Shown here piece by piece: positions 10,358 through 20,018 of a DNA stretch of 64,000 nucleotides; the stretch's first letter is position 1; each line of letters opens with the position of its first letter. The stretch comes from Candidatus Saccharimonadales bacterium (GTDB taxonomy: Bacteria; Patescibacteriota; Saccharimonadia; Saccharimonadales; JACDBH01): the NCBI GenBank assembly GCA_041752595.1, contig JBGSWE010000007.1, forward strand, positions 76,692 to 140,691, written 5' to 3'. The notes under the pieces are model-generated. The model ran no database searches, had not been told where the DNA came from, and was given only the letters and a program-made list of their open reading frames with translations. A program made the translations under genes and the position numbers.

Positions 10358-10612
10358 ATGAAAAAGTCATTTACTATAGATGAAGCAAAAAAAATCGGTG
10401 AAGAGATAGGCATAGATTTTAAGCAAATTGATTTAGAGCAGTTCAGACTCGGACTAAATGTTGAACTAGAGCACGGATCGCATTACGGAGAAGAAACCAA
10501 CGTCACTAATGATGATCCACATTTTACAGGTCGTATCGCCTGGGCTCACTTAAGAGAAATACCGGATTATTATACAAGGCTAGCAAAAATGGAAGCAGAA
10601 GCTGAAGGTTAA
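10358..10612 (+). CDS. hypothetical small protein (ELEHG motif, possibly DUF5661-like)
   Basis: RBS aggag upstream; family resemblance only by recollection. Confidence 0.45.
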   Translation: MKKSFTIDEAKKIGEEIGIDFKQIDLEQFRLGLNVELEHGSHYGEETNVTNDDPHFTGRIAWAHLREIPDYYTRLAKMEAEAEG

Positions 10613-10769
10613 AAAAGACACACCAGATTAGCAGTTATAGGCTGCTAGGAGTATAATAAGAAGTAATAAGATTCGGCAATGCCGTAGATTAATCAGTTTA
10701 AGGCAACACCATGGCAAGAGACAAAGGGCGCAAAGAAGTTAAAAAACCTAAGAAAGCTAAGGTCTAATT

Positions 10770-11018
10770 ATGCCGACTATCAAGAAAAAGGATTACCTAA
10801 ATAACACCGAAGAAAGTTTGGCAATTGAACAAACACTTAGGGACATGATGACTAGTACAACCTACCACACAGAATCTAGTTATAGTGCCGATGGCGAAAA
10901 TTACCCAGAAGGAATCATCCCATTTATAGACAAGCACATGAAATACCTGCGCTCTCACCCAACTACAGACCCACAACAGTATTTGTCCAACCTTAGACTT
11001 ATGACACGTATCCGTTAG
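10770..11018 (+). CDS. hypothetical protein
   Basis: ORF only. Confidence 0.3.
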   Translation: MPTIKKKDYLNNTEESLAIEQTLRDMMTSTTYHTESSYSADGENYPEGIIPFIDKHMKYLRSHPTTDPQQYLSNLRLMTRIR

Positions 11019-11200
11019 AAACTTAATCGAATACCACTGTTGACTTATTAAAATTTTTATGCTAATATAAGAGCATTGTTTAAATGGATCCTGGTTTAGT
11101 TAGTAGTATTACCGCGGTTTCATTCGGGCAATCTCTGTACAAATACAGACTGCACTAGAACTGCAAATACACTTAACTAAATATAAAAGGATCTATTTTT

Positions 11201-12409
11201 ATGTCTTACTCTTATAAAATGAGCCGTAGCTCTTCTGTTTCGAGTCGTTACGACCGCAACCGAGGCAGCCATCGCAAATCAAACGCACCAAAACGTCGTG
11301 GTCAATACATCGACCCAAGCCGTTTTGTTAAAACCGCAACTATCGGTACCGTAGAGGCCTATGTTCCTACACACACCTTCATGGATTTTGCACTTGATGC
11401 AAAGCTTCAAACTAACCTAGCTTCAAAAGGCTTTGTAACACCATCACCAATTCAGGACCAAACTATTCCATCTGCTTTAAGTGGACGTGACATTATTGGT
11501 ATTGCTAGCACCGGAACTGGTAAAACAGCAGCTTTTGCCCTACCAATGCTTCAAAAACTTATGAATGAACAGGGTAGCGCTGCATTAATTGTTGCCCCTA
11601 CTCGTGAGCTTGCACAGCAAATCGAAGCCGAGTGCAAACTACTTGGACGCGGCAGTGGATTGTTTGCAACTCTGTTAATTGGCGGTACTAGTATGACTAA
11701 TCAACTTCGAGATTTGAAACAAAATCCACGAGTAGTCATAGGTACACCTGGTCGTATCAAAGATCACATGCAACGCGGAACTCTTAACCTAAAGAATGTT
11801 AACGTCGTAGTGTTAGACGAAGTAGATCGAATGCTAGACATGGGCTTTATTCAGGATGTAACCGAAATACTTAGCCAAGCTAGCGCAGAACGTCAATCAA
11901 TGTTCTTTTCTGCAACCCTAGAACCTAAAGTTCGAAACCTAATTAACACATTCAGCACCGATCCAGTTGTTGTATCAATTGCCGCCAGTACTTCAAGTGA
12001 TAATGTTCACCAAGATGTAGTGCGTTACGCCGGCAATAACGAGCGATTAGAAAAACTTCATGATATTTTACTAAACGATAAAGTATCAAAAGTAATATTA
12101 TTTGACGAAACTCAAAGAAGCGTTGAACGCCTAAGCCAGGAGTTAATTGAGCGAGGCTTCAAAGCTGATGCAATACACGGCGGTAAAAGCCAAGGCCAAC
12201 GACAAAGAGCATTAGACAAATTCAAGCGAAACGATATCAAAATTCTAGTTGCAACTGACGTAGCTGCAAGAGGCATTGATGTTGCAGACATAAGCCACGT
12301 CATTAACTATTCTGTTCCTCAAATGTACGATGACTATATTCACCGTATTGGACGTGCTGGACGCGCCGGTCAAGTTGGTTACGCCCTAACCTTTGTTGCC
12401 CATTCTTAA
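11201..12409 (+). CDS. DEAD-box ATP-dependent RNA helicase
   Basis: Motif I ASTGTGKTAAF, Ia PTRELA, II DEVD, III SAT, VI HRIGRAGRAG; S/R-rich N-terminal extension. Confidence 0.9.
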   Translation: MSYSYKMSRSSSVSSRYDRNRGSHRKSNAPKRRGQYIDPSRFVKTATIGTVEAYVPTHTFMDFALDAKLQTNLASKGFVTPSPIQDQTIPSALSGRDIIGIASTGTGKTAAFALPMLQKLMNEQGSAALIVAPTRELAQQIEAECKLLGRGSGLFATLLIGGTSMTNQLRDLKQNPRVVIGTPGRIKDHMQRGTLNLKNVNVVVLDEVDRMLDMGFIQDVTEILSQASAERQSMFFSATLEPKVRNLINTFSTDPVVVSIAASTSSDNVHQDVVRYAGNNERLEKLHDILLNDKVSKVILFDETQRSVERLSQELIERGFKADAIHGGKSQGQRQRALDKFKRNDIKILVATDVAARGIDVADISHVINYSVPQMYDDYIHRIGRAGRAGQVGYALTFVAHS

Positions 12410-12481
12410 GTTTGATATCTTAAGACATTCTACAGAATCTATATTCTTCCTAATTAGCTAAATATTGCTATCATTAAAGGC

Positions 12482-13210
12482 ATGACACTGACTGAAGCCT
12501 TTTGGACTATACATAGTGAACTTCCACGCCAAGCACCTGGGTCTGATTCGGCTACAAGAAACCTGCTAAGACTTGCTGGTGGAGTAGAAAGCTTTAAACG
12601 CGTTCTAGTAATCGAACCTGGGGCAGGTTGTTCGGCGTTGGTTTTGGCTGAGTTAGGGCTTGAAGTAACGGCTATCATTATGTCGTCACAGATGAATGAA
12701 AAGGCAAAAAACTCTGCCACCTCAAAAAATTATAAAATAGATTTTAAAACTGATCTATTATCTATACCGCTAAATACCGAACCTTACGACCTCATATGGG
12801 CAGAGGGTTCTGTGTCTTTGCATGGCTTCGAAGCAAGCTTAAATGAATGGAAACATTTACTAAAAACTGAAGGGGTTCTAGTAATAACCGACTGTATTTG
12901 GACCACAAAATTACCCGACGAAGAGACAAAATTATTCTGGTCTAAAACATATCCAAATATGCTTGATGCCGATAGGGCTAGAATTGCTGCTAAGAATTCT
13001 GGTTTTGACGTACTCAGAACCTACGTATTATCCGATGCAAATTGGTGGGACGAATATTATATTCCACTCCAAAAGCGTCACGATGATTTAAGAAATGAAA
13101 CCGATCCAGCAATTTTACAAGCAATAGAAATTGGCAAGGCCCAGATTAATCTACGAGAAAAGCATTTTAAAGAGTATGATTACGTCGGTTTTGTCCTAAA
13201 AAAGGTGTAA
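12482..13210 (+). CDS. class I SAM-dependent methyltransferase
   Basis: Motif I VLVIEPGAGCS; size and fold-typical spacing. Confidence 0.65.
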   Translation: MTLTEAFWTIHSELPRQAPGSDSATRNLLRLAGGVESFKRVLVIEPGAGCSALVLAELGLEVTAIIMSSQMNEKAKNSATSKNYKIDFKTDLLSIPLNTEPYDLIWAEGSVSLHGFEASLNEWKHLLKTEGVLVITDCIWTTKLPDEETKLFWSKTYPNMLDADRARIAAKNSGFDVLRTYVLSDANWWDEYYIPLQKRHDDLRNETDPAILQAIEIGKAQINLREKHFKEYDYVGFVLKKV

Positions 13211-13222
13211 TATAACACTTAT

Positions 13223-14689
13223 ATGCAGTTTGACTTCCCTTCATTAGTTACCATTTGGTTCGGTTTTGAAATAATTATCAGGATTATGGCTCTATTTGTG
13301 GTGCCACGTAACCGTAAACCAACCTCTGCTGCAGCGTGGCTAATAATAATTATGCTTTTCCCATTGCTTGGACTATTACTATTTTTACTTATAGGCAGCC
13401 CAAGATTATCCAAACGTAGACAAGCAAAACAAAAATTCATGGATAAAGTTATCCAAAAAGCGGTAGGTAAAGCTGAGGGTTCTAAGGACTTAAAAAAATT
13501 TATTCACACAGATGTAGAAAGCGATATCCAGCCATTTGTATCGCTCAATAGTAACCTAAGCAAATTACCGGCCTTCAGTGGAAACTATGTAGAAATTCTA
13601 CATGAGTACGACGAAATAATTTCGCAGATTGCAAAAGATGTTAGAAATTCAAAGAATTTTGTTCATATAGAATTTTTCATAATGGTACTAGACGAAACTA
13701 CAGAAGTATTATTTGAGGCTATGGAATATGCCGTTCAGCAGGGAGTTAAGGTTAGGGTGTTGTTCGACTATTTTGGAGTTAGAAGATATCCCAACCTAAA
13801 ACAAATGAAGCAAAGAATGGACAAAGCCGGTATTGAATGGCGAGCAATGTTACCAATTCGGATGCCGGGCAAAAACTACAACCGACCAGATTTACGCAAT
13901 CACAGAAAAATAGTTGTTATAGACGGAGATATTGGATATACAGGTTCGTTAAACATTATTAAACGAAATTATCACCGCAAAGATAAACTCTACTATGACG
14001 AATTAATGGTTAAAATAAAGGGACCTGTCGTTACCCAGCTTCACGGGGTGTTTATATCTGACTGGTACGCAGAAACCAATGAACTACTAAGCCGTGAACT
14101 TAGGCCAGAAATAAAATATACTCCTAAAAAAGCCGGGGATGTATTATCGCAGGTGCTTCCGAGTGGACCTGGCTATGAATTCGAAAACAACTTAAAACTA
14201 TTTAATAGTCTGATTTATTCGGCTAAAAAACGTATCGTGATTACTAACCCCTATTTTGTTCCTGACGAATCATTACTTGCAGCAGTTATCACAGCAGCCC
14301 AAAGAAGTGTAGAAGTAATTATGCTTAATTCTGACATTATGGATCAAAAAATGGTTGGTCATGCACAGCGCTCATTTTACGAACAGTTACTTAGAGCAGG
14401 GGTCAAAATATACTGGTATCCTTGGCCAATACTACTTCATTCGAAACACCTAACAATTGATGACTCAATCTCTGTTATTGGCTCTAGCAATTTTGATATC
14501 CGCTCTTTTCAACTTGATTTAGAAGTATCTTTCATCGCATACGACCAGGCCCTTACCAAGCAATTACATAAAGTTGAAGATATATATATTTCTCGTAGCA
14601 AACTAATAACTCTAGAAAAATGGCAAAAACGATCATTCAAAAATAGACTACTCGATAATATAGCTCGACTTACTTCTGCACTGCAATAA
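13223..14689 (+). CDS. cls: cardiolipin synthase (PLD family)
   Basis: Two N-terminal TM helices; two HKD motifs (HRKIVVIDG..GSLN and HSKHLTIDD..GSSN). Confidence 0.85.
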   Translation: MQFDFPSLVTIWFGFEIIIRIMALFVVPRNRKPTSAAAWLIIIMLFPLLGLLLFLLIGSPRLSKRRQAKQKFMDKVIQKAVGKAEGSKDLKKFIHTDVESDIQPFVSLNSNLSKLPAFSGNYVEILHEYDEIISQIAKDVRNSKNFVHIEFFIMVLDETTEVLFEAMEYAVQQGVKVRVLFDYFGVRRYPNLKQMKQRMDKAGIEWRAMLPIRMPGKNYNRPDLRNHRKIVVIDGDIGYTGSLNIIKRNYHRKDKLYYDELMVKIKGPVVTQLHGVFISDWYAETNELLSRELRPEIKYTPKKAGDVLSQVLPSGPGYEFENNLKLFNSLIYSAKKRIVITNPYFVPDESLLAAVITAAQRSVEVIMLNSDIMDQKMVGHAQRSFYEQLLRAGVKIYWYPWPILLHSKHLTIDDSISVIGSSNFDIRSFQLDLEVSFIAYDQALTKQLHKVEDIYISRSKLITLEKWQKRSFKNRLLDNIARLTSALQ

Positions 14690-14691
14690 AT

Positions 14692-15216
14692 CTATTGATA
14701 TTCAGATCTAAATAACCAAAGGTATGACATTGACCAAAAGCTAACTATTGAAGCAATAAGATACTGGGCAATATTGAATGGCTCAATAAAGAAACATAGT
14801 AGACCTAGTACCAAATTTAAACCAAAAGCAAACCAATAAAATTTAGATGGTGCATCGACCAAACCATTAAACAAATAGCCAAATGCCATCACAACCAGCC
14901 AAAAGGCCCCTAGATAGCCAATTAGGCCGCTTAAGGAGTCTACTCGAAAGGCAAGCCCTGAAACTGTCATACCAATCAAAATTGGGAAAAACCAGGCCGC
15001 CAGAATAAGTTTCATCTTTGATTCTTTAAGCGGCATAACCCAAGCCATATAGCCAAGCCCAATCACTGAGAGTAACGCCCAAAAACCATTTATTTGCTTA
15101 GTTTGAATATAATGGGTTAGCACAAAACCAATAGTTACTAGCAGCATCCATAATAAATATACCCTAGCTCTTTTATCTGTTAAAAGATAATTAAAACTTG
15201 GTATTTTGTCGTTCAT
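14692..15216 (-). CDS. hypothetical polytopic membrane protein
   Basis: 4-5 TM helices. Confidence 0.45.
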   Translation of the reverse strand: MNDKIPSFNYLLTDKRARVYLLWMLLVTIGFVLTHYIQTKQINGFWALLSVIGLGYMAWVMPLKESKMKLILAAWFFPILIGMTVSGLAFRVDSLSGLIGYLGAFWLVVMAFGYLFNGLVDAPSKFYWFAFGLNLVLGLLCFFIEPFNIAQYLIASIVSFWSMSYLWLFRSEYQ

Positions 15217-15656
15217 TATTCAACTACAACAACTTTTGCTTTCATATATGGGTGAGGGGAGCAAATATAGTCATATGTGCCGACGGTATCAAAAGTATAG
15301 CTGTAGCTCTCACCTCTTGCTAGTAGCTCGCTTGCTTCAAAATTTTCAGAGGTCTCTACAGGCGTAACATCATGCTTTGCGCTATCTTGGTTTGTCCAGG
15401 TTACTTTAGAGCCTTTTTTGATTGTTATTGTTGCAGGGCTAAACGCAAAGTTCTTTATATCAACACTAACATCACCAACAGTTACCTCTGCCTGGTCGTT
15501 ATTGTTATTTAATTGTTCGCTAGAGTTAGTGCTAGAGTTTGTTTGGTTAGATTCTGACTGGCTTGGTTCTGAACTATTGCTACTTATTAGCACAAACGCC
15601 AAAGCAGATACGGACACAAGTCCAATCACAATTGCTACTACTGGTTTTTTCATCAA
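15216..15656 (-). CDS. cupredoxin (plastocyanin/azurin-like blue copper protein), membrane-anchored
   Basis: N-terminal TM; type-1 Cu ligands H...C-SPH-PYM (YDYICSPHPYMKAKVVV). Confidence 0.75.
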   Translation of the reverse strand: MMKKPVVAIVIGLVSVSALAFVLISSNSSEPSQSESNQTNSSTNSSEQLNNNNDQAEVTVGDVSVDIKNFAFSPATITIKKGSKVTWTNQDSAKHDVTPVETSENFEASELLARGESYSYTFDTVGTYDYICSPHPYMKAKVVVVE

Positions 15657-15722
15657 ACTCCCTCTTAAATTTGCTAGTTTACATAAGCATTCTACAGGGT
15701 ATATGGTTTTATATAAAGAGGG

Positions 15723-16172
15723 TTAACTTTCTTTATTAAATATAAATTTCATCCATGCATTAAAATTTCGTTCATACCAAGGGCCCTCATCCTGAATAGA
15801 TTGTGGCGCAACTTCTGGCTCTGAAGTTATTGGAACTGAATATTTCAAGGCGACACTTTCTGGCACAATCAAAAGCTTCTCACCTGCATTAGCTTTGTTA
15901 AATTGTTTGCGAGCAGCAAGTTCTAGATATTGGTCAGTTTCTAGGTATTTATTACTTAGTAAAAGGTTAGAGTTTTCTAGTTTTTGCAGATCATTTGTCT
16001 GCTGATAAACAGATATTTGCTTCTGAAGATCATAATTTGTCTGAACAACTCGTACACCGCTCCAGGTAACCAAAACAGCAATCACGCCAAACACAATAAG
16101 CCCCAGATTACGAACATCACTTAGTGCTGATATCCAGGAAGATTTTTGAAGTTTTTTTATTTTTTCGATCAT
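15723..16172 (-). CDS. FtsB/DivIC-like septum formation protein (coiled coil, single TM)
   Basis: N-terminal TM followed by coiled-coil heptads. Confidence 0.4.
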   Translation of the reverse strand: MIEKIKKLQKSSWISALSDVRNLGLIVFGVIAVLVTWSGVRVVQTNYDLQKQISVYQQTNDLQKLENSNLLLSNKYLETDQYLELAARKQFNKANAGEKLLIVPESVALKYSVPITSEPEVAPQSIQDEGPWYERNFNAWMKFIFNKES

Positions 16173-16287
16173 TTGTATTTATATTATATAGCTTCATGTA
16201 AAGAAATCTATTAGAATCATTTTTCTTATGCTTGCACCGAAGTAGTATTTAGTAATAACATTAGTTAAAAATAACGGAGTTTTCCTA

Positions 16288-16587
16288 ATGCCCCCTAAAA
16301 TAATTCAATTTCCAAATATTAATCCTGAAAGCGGGCAAGATTGGCAGGATTACGCTAATTGTTTGGGTCTTGACCCAGATCTATTCTTCCCAGAACGGGG
16401 AGAAATTACAGATGAAGCAAAGGAAGTGTGTAGAGGCTGTGATGTACAAAATGATTGTCTAGAGTTTGCGCTTCAAACAGGTGAAAAGTTTGGAATATGG
16501 GGAGGCATGTCTGAACGTGAACGGCGACGTATTCGCCGCCAACGCAGACTCAGTAGTAGTCTTGGCGATGTAGCTGTTGATTATTAA
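16288..16587 (+). CDS. WhiB-family transcriptional regulator (Fe-S)
   Basis: Four Cys (C-X22ish-CRGC-X5-C), GIWGG turn, basic C-terminus RRRIRRQRR. Confidence 0.85.
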   Translation: MPPKIIQFPNINPESGQDWQDYANCLGLDPDLFFPERGEITDEAKEVCRGCDVQNDCLEFALQTGEKFGIWGGMSERERRRIRRQRRLSSSLGDVAVDY

Positions 16588-16686
16588 TGTCAAATCAACC
16601 AAAATCTGCTATACTCTTATCTGTTAAAGTAGTTTAGTTAATGAGTAATTATTCTTGAAAACTTATAACAAAACTAGAAATTGCGC

Positions 16687-16762
16687 GGGGGTATAGCTCA
16701 GTGGTTAGAGCAGAGGACTCATAATCCTTTGGCCCTTGGTTCAAGTCCAAGTACCCCCACCA
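16687..16762 (+). tRNA. tRNA-Ile2 (anticodon CAU, lysidine-modified; ileX-like), CCA encoded
   Basis: Near-identity of D-arm, anticodon arm (G27-U43 wobble, CTCATAA loop) and T-arm to E. coli ileX; perfect 7-bp acceptor stem GGGGGTA/TACCCCC. Confidence 0.75.
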
Positions 16763-16767
16763 AATTA

Positions 16768-16792
16768 AGGACCTCCTATATGGAGGTTTTTA
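16768..16792 (+). terminator. Rho-independent terminator after tRNA-Ile2
   Basis: ggacctcc-tata-tggaggttttt. Confidence 0.75.
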
Positions 16793-16841
16793 ATTTGTCG
16801 AATATTGGACTATAAATTAATCAATAACCCCTGATACATTT

Positions 16842-17810
16842 TTATAAATATTCTAATAATTGATCTGCTGACTCGCTAGCCATTAACTTTTCTCTGAGTT
16901 CTTTGGCACCATCAAAATCTGATATATAAATTTTGCTAAATTTGTTTAAAGTATGAATTGGCCGTTCGTTATTAGTCCAAGTTTCAGCAAATAGCGTAGC
17001 GTGATGTCTAAGCATAGTTTTTCTATCTTCCTCCCCTACACTTCCCCAATTTGAACGTTTTGCGAACACAAAAGGATCATGAAATACACCTCGTCCTATC
17101 ATAATGCCGTCGATACCGTATTGTTTTGCAAGTTCTTCTCCATGTTTTCTATTTTCTACATCCCCGTTGCCCACTATCAACGTGCTTGGGGATACTTTAT
17201 CTCTAAGTTTGATAATTTCTGTAGCGTATTCCCAATGGGCTGGAACCTTGCTCATTTCTTTTCGCGTACGCCAATGCACCGTGAGCATATGCAGATCAAA
17301 TCCCAGCAAAAATTCGTGCCAAGTTAGATCAATTGCACTAAATCCGAGCCGAGTCTTTACGCTTACTGGTAAATCTCCTGCTCCTTTTTTTGTAGCTTCA
17401 ATAATTTCTTTTGCTAAAGGCCGATTATTTATAAGCGCCGAACATGTGCCGTTTTTAACCTCAGATTTAGCTGGACAGCCCATATTTAGATCTATACCGA
17501 CAAAGTTAACACCTTCAGGCAGTCCCAGCTCCTTTGCTACAGTTCCATCAGCTATTTCTCTTGCAGTTTTTTCAAAATTTTCAGGTTTCAGGCCCCAAAG
17601 CTGAGCTATCAGTGGACCCTCGTTTGTAACAAATCTTAACTTTTTCATAAGTTTTGGTCGTCCCGGGCTTTGCAAACCATCAACGTTCACAAACTCAGTA
17701 AAATATAGATCTGCTGGGGCGTTTTTGTGAACCACTTGCCTAAAAACGGTGTCAGTGACATCGTCCATTGGCGCAAGAACAAAAAATGGCTTGGGTAATT
17801 TATCAAACAT
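16842..17810 (-). CDS. dus: tRNA-dihydrouridine synthase
   Basis: FVLAPMDDVTD N-terminal motif, NMGCP active-site Cys motif, TIM barrel length. Confidence 0.85.
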   Translation of the reverse strand: MFDKLPKPFFVLAPMDDVTDTVFRQVVHKNAPADLYFTEFVNVDGLQSPGRPKLMKKLRFVTNEGPLIAQLWGLKPENFEKTAREIADGTVAKELGLPEGVNFVGIDLNMGCPAKSEVKNGTCSALINNRPLAKEIIEATKKGAGDLPVSVKTRLGFSAIDLTWHEFLLGFDLHMLTVHWRTRKEMSKVPAHWEYATEIIKLRDKVSPSTLIVGNGDVENRKHGEELAKQYGIDGIMIGRGVFHDPFVFAKRSNWGSVGEEDRKTMLRHHATLFAETWTNNERPIHTLNKFSKIYISDFDGAKELREKLMASESADQLLEYL

Positions 17811-17837
17811 ACTCTACGATTTTACCTTACTTAATAA

Positions 17838-18647
17838 CTAAGACCGCCCAGTAGAGTTTATCATTTCGTCTAGTGGCACCCTGTCCAATAAAACATCCAT
17901 ACTTAAGTCAATATTTGGAAAAGCTGCAACTAAAGTTTCGTGCCTCGATCGCCAAGCATCTATACGATAATCTTGTTCTTCTAATGCTGACTGCATAAGT
18001 ATGATTCCCGTATCTGTTCTAAGGGCATCGTGATTATCTGCTGCATATTTACCAAAAGCTATAGTTTGCTCACCTACACCTGGCGCAAAAACATCAATCG
18101 CTACAATAACCCTTTCGTCTGGTACTATCTTCTTTCTATTCTTATCCCAAATCGGCTCAAATGGTTGGTATAAACAATGTCCCATGTCCTCAATTGCTTC
18201 AGCGGCTTGGTATGCAACACTATCTTGTAATGTTTCATCTTTGATAGCTGCAGAAAGAGCCTGTTCTAGTACATCTTTGCGGCCTTGTGCTATCATCCAA
18301 AAAGTCGCTAAAGTGCTTTCAGTGTTTTCGGCAATATGAATTGGTTGCCTTTGACCTGCCGCAATCACCTTGTCTTTGTTAGCTATCATAGCTTTAACAG
18401 CCTCACGTCCAACCGCTTTAGCCCTAGGGCCACCAACATATCTTTTTGCTACAGCCTCAGTAACTGGATCAAATCGATAGCCTGCAAGAATATCGTCCAA
18501 AATTGGTTTTTTATAATCTACTTCACGCCAAGATTGAACAGCCAAAAGTCCATCAGTATTAACAATCGGCATATCTTTAGGAACTTCAAAACTTTGCCTT
18601 GTTTTACCCAGTGGGCCTTGGTTTGGATTATAGTTTCGACCCGACAT
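17838..18647 (-). CDS. hypothetical protein
   Basis: Start overlaps stop of upstream ORF by 1 nt (translational coupling); no known motif. Confidence 0.5.
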   Translation of the reverse strand: MSGRNYNPNQGPLGKTRQSFEVPKDMPIVNTDGLLAVQSWREVDYKKPILDDILAGYRFDPVTEAVAKRYVGGPRAKAVGREAVKAMIANKDKVIAAGQRQPIHIAENTESTLATFWMIAQGRKDVLEQALSAAIKDETLQDSVAYQAAEAIEDMGHCLYQPFEPIWDKNRKKIVPDERVIVAIDVFAPGVGEQTIAFGKYAADNHDALRTDTGIILMQSALEEQDYRIDAWRSRHETLVAAFPNIDLSMDVLLDRVPLDEMINSTGRS

Positions 18648-19057
18648 TACTTACCCCAACGGTCTTCTTTTGCTTTAGCCCTATGTCTAGCTTCGTTGGC
18701 GTTTTGCTGAGCAATAGTTAGACGGCGACCAGTTGCACTACGTCCTAAATTTGGAGCTATACGAAATAATTCACGATTATCTTCTGAGGCTGGTTCATTA
18801 GCCCACATTTCAGCATGCATTTGATCTAGGGTTGGTTTATCTGCTTCTGCAGTAGCAGCTTTTGCAGCCATCGCTAAAGCTCTACGTTGCGATTCGCCTA
18901 GATCTAGGCCTTCAGGTACATGCCCCACATAGACGTCGCCATCAAACCCAGGGTGTTCGTCATCAGCTGGACCAAAATCAGGAGCATTAACACCTTCATA
19001 TAGAGGCTTTGCTTCACCATCTGTTTCTATATGAAAATGTTCTGTCATAAGTAACAT
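18647..19057 (-). CDS. hypothetical acidic protein
   Basis: ORF coupled to downstream 269-aa ORF. Confidence 0.45.
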   Translation of the reverse strand: MLLMTEHFHIETDGEAKPLYEGVNAPDFGPADDEHPGFDGDVYVGHVPEGLDLGESQRRALAMAAKAATAEADKPTLDQMHAEMWANEPASEDNRELFRIAPNLGRSATGRRLTIAQQNANEARHRAKAKEDRWGK

Positions 19058-19121
19058 TATATCACACTTATGCTAATTTGTCTATATGCGTTGTTGACAT
19101 TTAGGCGTATAATCTAAAATC

Positions 19122-19871
19122 ATGTCATTTGAACTTGATTCTTTGGCTGTTAGGCCAATCACAATAGATTTAGCCAGAGAAGGTTTAGAATTAATGGATC
19201 AAAGGTACGGGCCTCAAGGTGCAAGCCCAAGACCATACCACAACCCTAATCATGTTATAGACGTAATTGAATCAGCATACAAATTAGCTAGAGCTAGTGG
19301 AGTTAGTCAGCATGGAATTGAACTCATTATAGTTGGGGCTGCTTTTCATGACGTGGAGCAAGATAAAGGCATTGGCGAAAACGAAGCCACAAGCGCAGAA
19401 GCAGCCACGAAAGCTATGAACAAACACAGTAAAGGACGCCCTGTCAGCAAGGGTTTTAGTTTAAGAGATCAAAGATTTGTAGATGATATTATCCATGGCA
19501 CGGTTTGGCATATGTATAGGGGTAGACTTGTACAACACGCCGTTAGCCCACTAGCTAAATTTGTAGCTGACGGGGATTTGTGTGGGCTAGGCAAAGATAT
19601 TAAACCAGCCTGGAACAATACTCTTAGACTAATGAATGAAATTATTGGTGAAGGTGCAACAATTGCTCAGAAACTTGGTTTTGTTGCAAATTCAACTGAA
19701 ATATTTAAAGGGCACAGTTACTTTACATCTGCAGCTGGTTTTGTTTATCCACACGCCCATAGAAGTATAGAATTTATGGAAAGAATTCTGGCTAGCGGTG
19801 AAATACCGCCACCTTTTGAAATTGAAGAAAATATTCATATTTCAGATGAGCAACAATCAGAAGTTGCCTAA
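19122..19871 (+). CDS. HD-domain phosphohydrolase-like protein
   Basis: H..H(N)..AAFHDVEQD HD motif arrangement. Confidence 0.45.
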   Translation: MSFELDSLAVRPITIDLAREGLELMDQRYGPQGASPRPYHNPNHVIDVIESAYKLARASGVSQHGIELIIVGAAFHDVEQDKGIGENEATSAEAATKAMNKHSKGRPVSKGFSLRDQRFVDDIIHGTVWHMYRGRLVQHAVSPLAKFVADGDLCGLGKDIKPAWNNTLRLMNEIIGEGATIAQKLGFVANSTEIFKGHSYFTSAAGFVYPHAHRSIEFMERILASGEIPPPFEIEENIHISDEQQSEVA

Positions 19872-20018
19872 CTAAGCTGTAATCAAACATACATTATTTA
19901 TAATCTACAATCCTAAATAAATAAATTAAGTTATTAATTTTAAGAGGGTGAGCAAGCGCCACGGGAGAGCCATAAGTTCCTCGTAAAGCGCCCTCTTTGA
20001 AACCAAGAACGAGCGAGT

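Noticed and set aside
10711-10767. 18-codon ORF encoding MARDKGRKEVKKPKKAKV
   Set aside because: Too short and no convincing RBS; possibly a leader peptide but cannot be supported from sequence alone.
11201-14689. Helicase-methyltransferase-PLD triad as possible restriction/defence module
   Set aside because: The helicase has the full DEAD-box RNA-helicase motif set. The PLD protein has the N-terminal TM pair and spacing of cardiolipin synthase. The methyltransferase is small, generic, and lacks DNA methyltransferase motifs.
17104-17604. 166-aa plus-strand ORF inside dus
   Set aside because: Antisense to tRNA-dihydrouridine synthase; no start context.
19950-20010. GC-rich imperfect inverted repeat between convergent HD-domain and ABC permease genes
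   Set aside because: Stem is short with wobble pairs and a ~40-nt loop; not a convincing terminator.
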